A stretch of 64,000 nucleotides of DNA, taken from the human T2T-CHM13v2.0 reference genome, Homo sapiens. Shown here in pieces: positions 63,098 to 64,000 of the stretch. The position numbers and the translations under genes are program-made. Numbering within the stretch: position 1 is the first letter of the stretch; each line of letters begins with the position of its first letter. The notes under the pieces were generated by a model that had not been told where the DNA came from, did no database searches, and saw only the letters and a program-made list of their open reading frames with translations. The DNA is taken from the NCBI RefSeq assembly GCF_009914755.1, contig NC_060935.1; one strand, 5' to 3'.

Positions 63098-63540
63098 TGA
63101 AGAGTCTGAGATTCTACCCTACTTGGAGGTTAACGTATTAGCCTGCCATACTTTCTTATGTTGCTGGACAACTCATGGCACAGCAGGCAGTATGAGCTCG
63201 AAGTTTGCATTGACTCCCCTGCCCCTCAAGTCCCACAGGGGCCACATGGAGACAGGCCTGGGTTGGTGCTGTCCACAGAGTGGGTTTGTGTCCTAGGTGT
63301 AAAAGCTCAAGCTTAGGAGACCCCTATTGTTATTAAGACTGCTAGCAAACCTGGACAACTTTCGCCCCTGAGGGAGAAGTTATCTTTATTCTGGTCAGGA
63401 AACAACTCTGCCCCCCCAGGGAGACACTTTCTGTCTCTCCTAAGGCTGTATGCTATCCAGACATCCATAAAATCGTGTGGACAAGTTGCTGACACAAGAT
63501 GTACAGAAACATGAGATGTCCATGGATGATGGCTTCCCAA
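63098..63540. mobile_element. Probable old ERV solo LTR
   Basis: Starts tgaagagtctgagattctaccctacttg...; GC-richer LTR-like composition. Family not confidently assigned. Confidence 0.4.
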
Positions 63541-64000
63541 AGTTAGGTAGTAGCAAAAAGTAGAACTCTGAATTTTTCTGTTTTTGTCGGCTTCTCCCAA
63601 ACGAGAAAAGTTACTTTAAATGATGAACATGAATTCCAGAGAGACACAGATTCCTCCATGTGAAAGCCATTGCTTTTGTTTTGTTTGATAAGACCCTAAA
63701 TTAGTGGGCAGTTAGCTTTTCTGGGGCTAAGTATTCCAAAGTGTGCTTTCTGAGCAATCTGTGCTTACTGCTGTTAGAGCACTCAGCATACTGCTGTCAT
63801 ACCTGTTTTTCCCACTATACTGTATACTTTTATGAAGGTAAGGAATATATATTATTCATTTTTGGGTTACCTCTCAGGTTTGCCTGTCATTATAATACAT
63901 TCTTAATAGCTGGCTGTTGAGTGTAATGAGTGAATAAATCATTAGAAGCTTTTCCATTCAAATCTGGTTGTTCTTTTATCTTTGCTTATTCAGATTCTTT

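Overview
Primate, almost certainly human, genomic DNA covering the middle of the DEAD-box RNA helicase gene DDX10 on the + strand. Eight coding exons with GT-AG introns and consistent phases correspond to exons 6-13; the numbering is inferred from recalled exon sizes. The introns are dominated by retrotransposed material, mostly antisense to DDX10. This includes a very young ~2.8 kb SKA3 retrocopy (exon-2-skipped, R27*, 1-bp deletion, intact 330-aa C-terminal ORF, TSD and polyA) and a 1.4 kb internally deleted L1HS-type element that appears to carry its source element's target-site duplication at both ends. There are also decayed RPS2 and ADAL pseudogene fragments, a ~370 bp TSD-flanked orphan insertion, about 25 Alu/FLAM copies, old L1M pieces, Tigger-family DNA transposons and MaLR LTRs. 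No rRNA, tRNA or CRISPR array was seen. I found no convincing wholly new biological system. The most unusual signals are the L1 architecture, the SKA3 retrocopy, the orphan insertion and a candidate poison microexon after exon 9. Repeat subfamily names and old-repeat boundaries are by eye and approximate.
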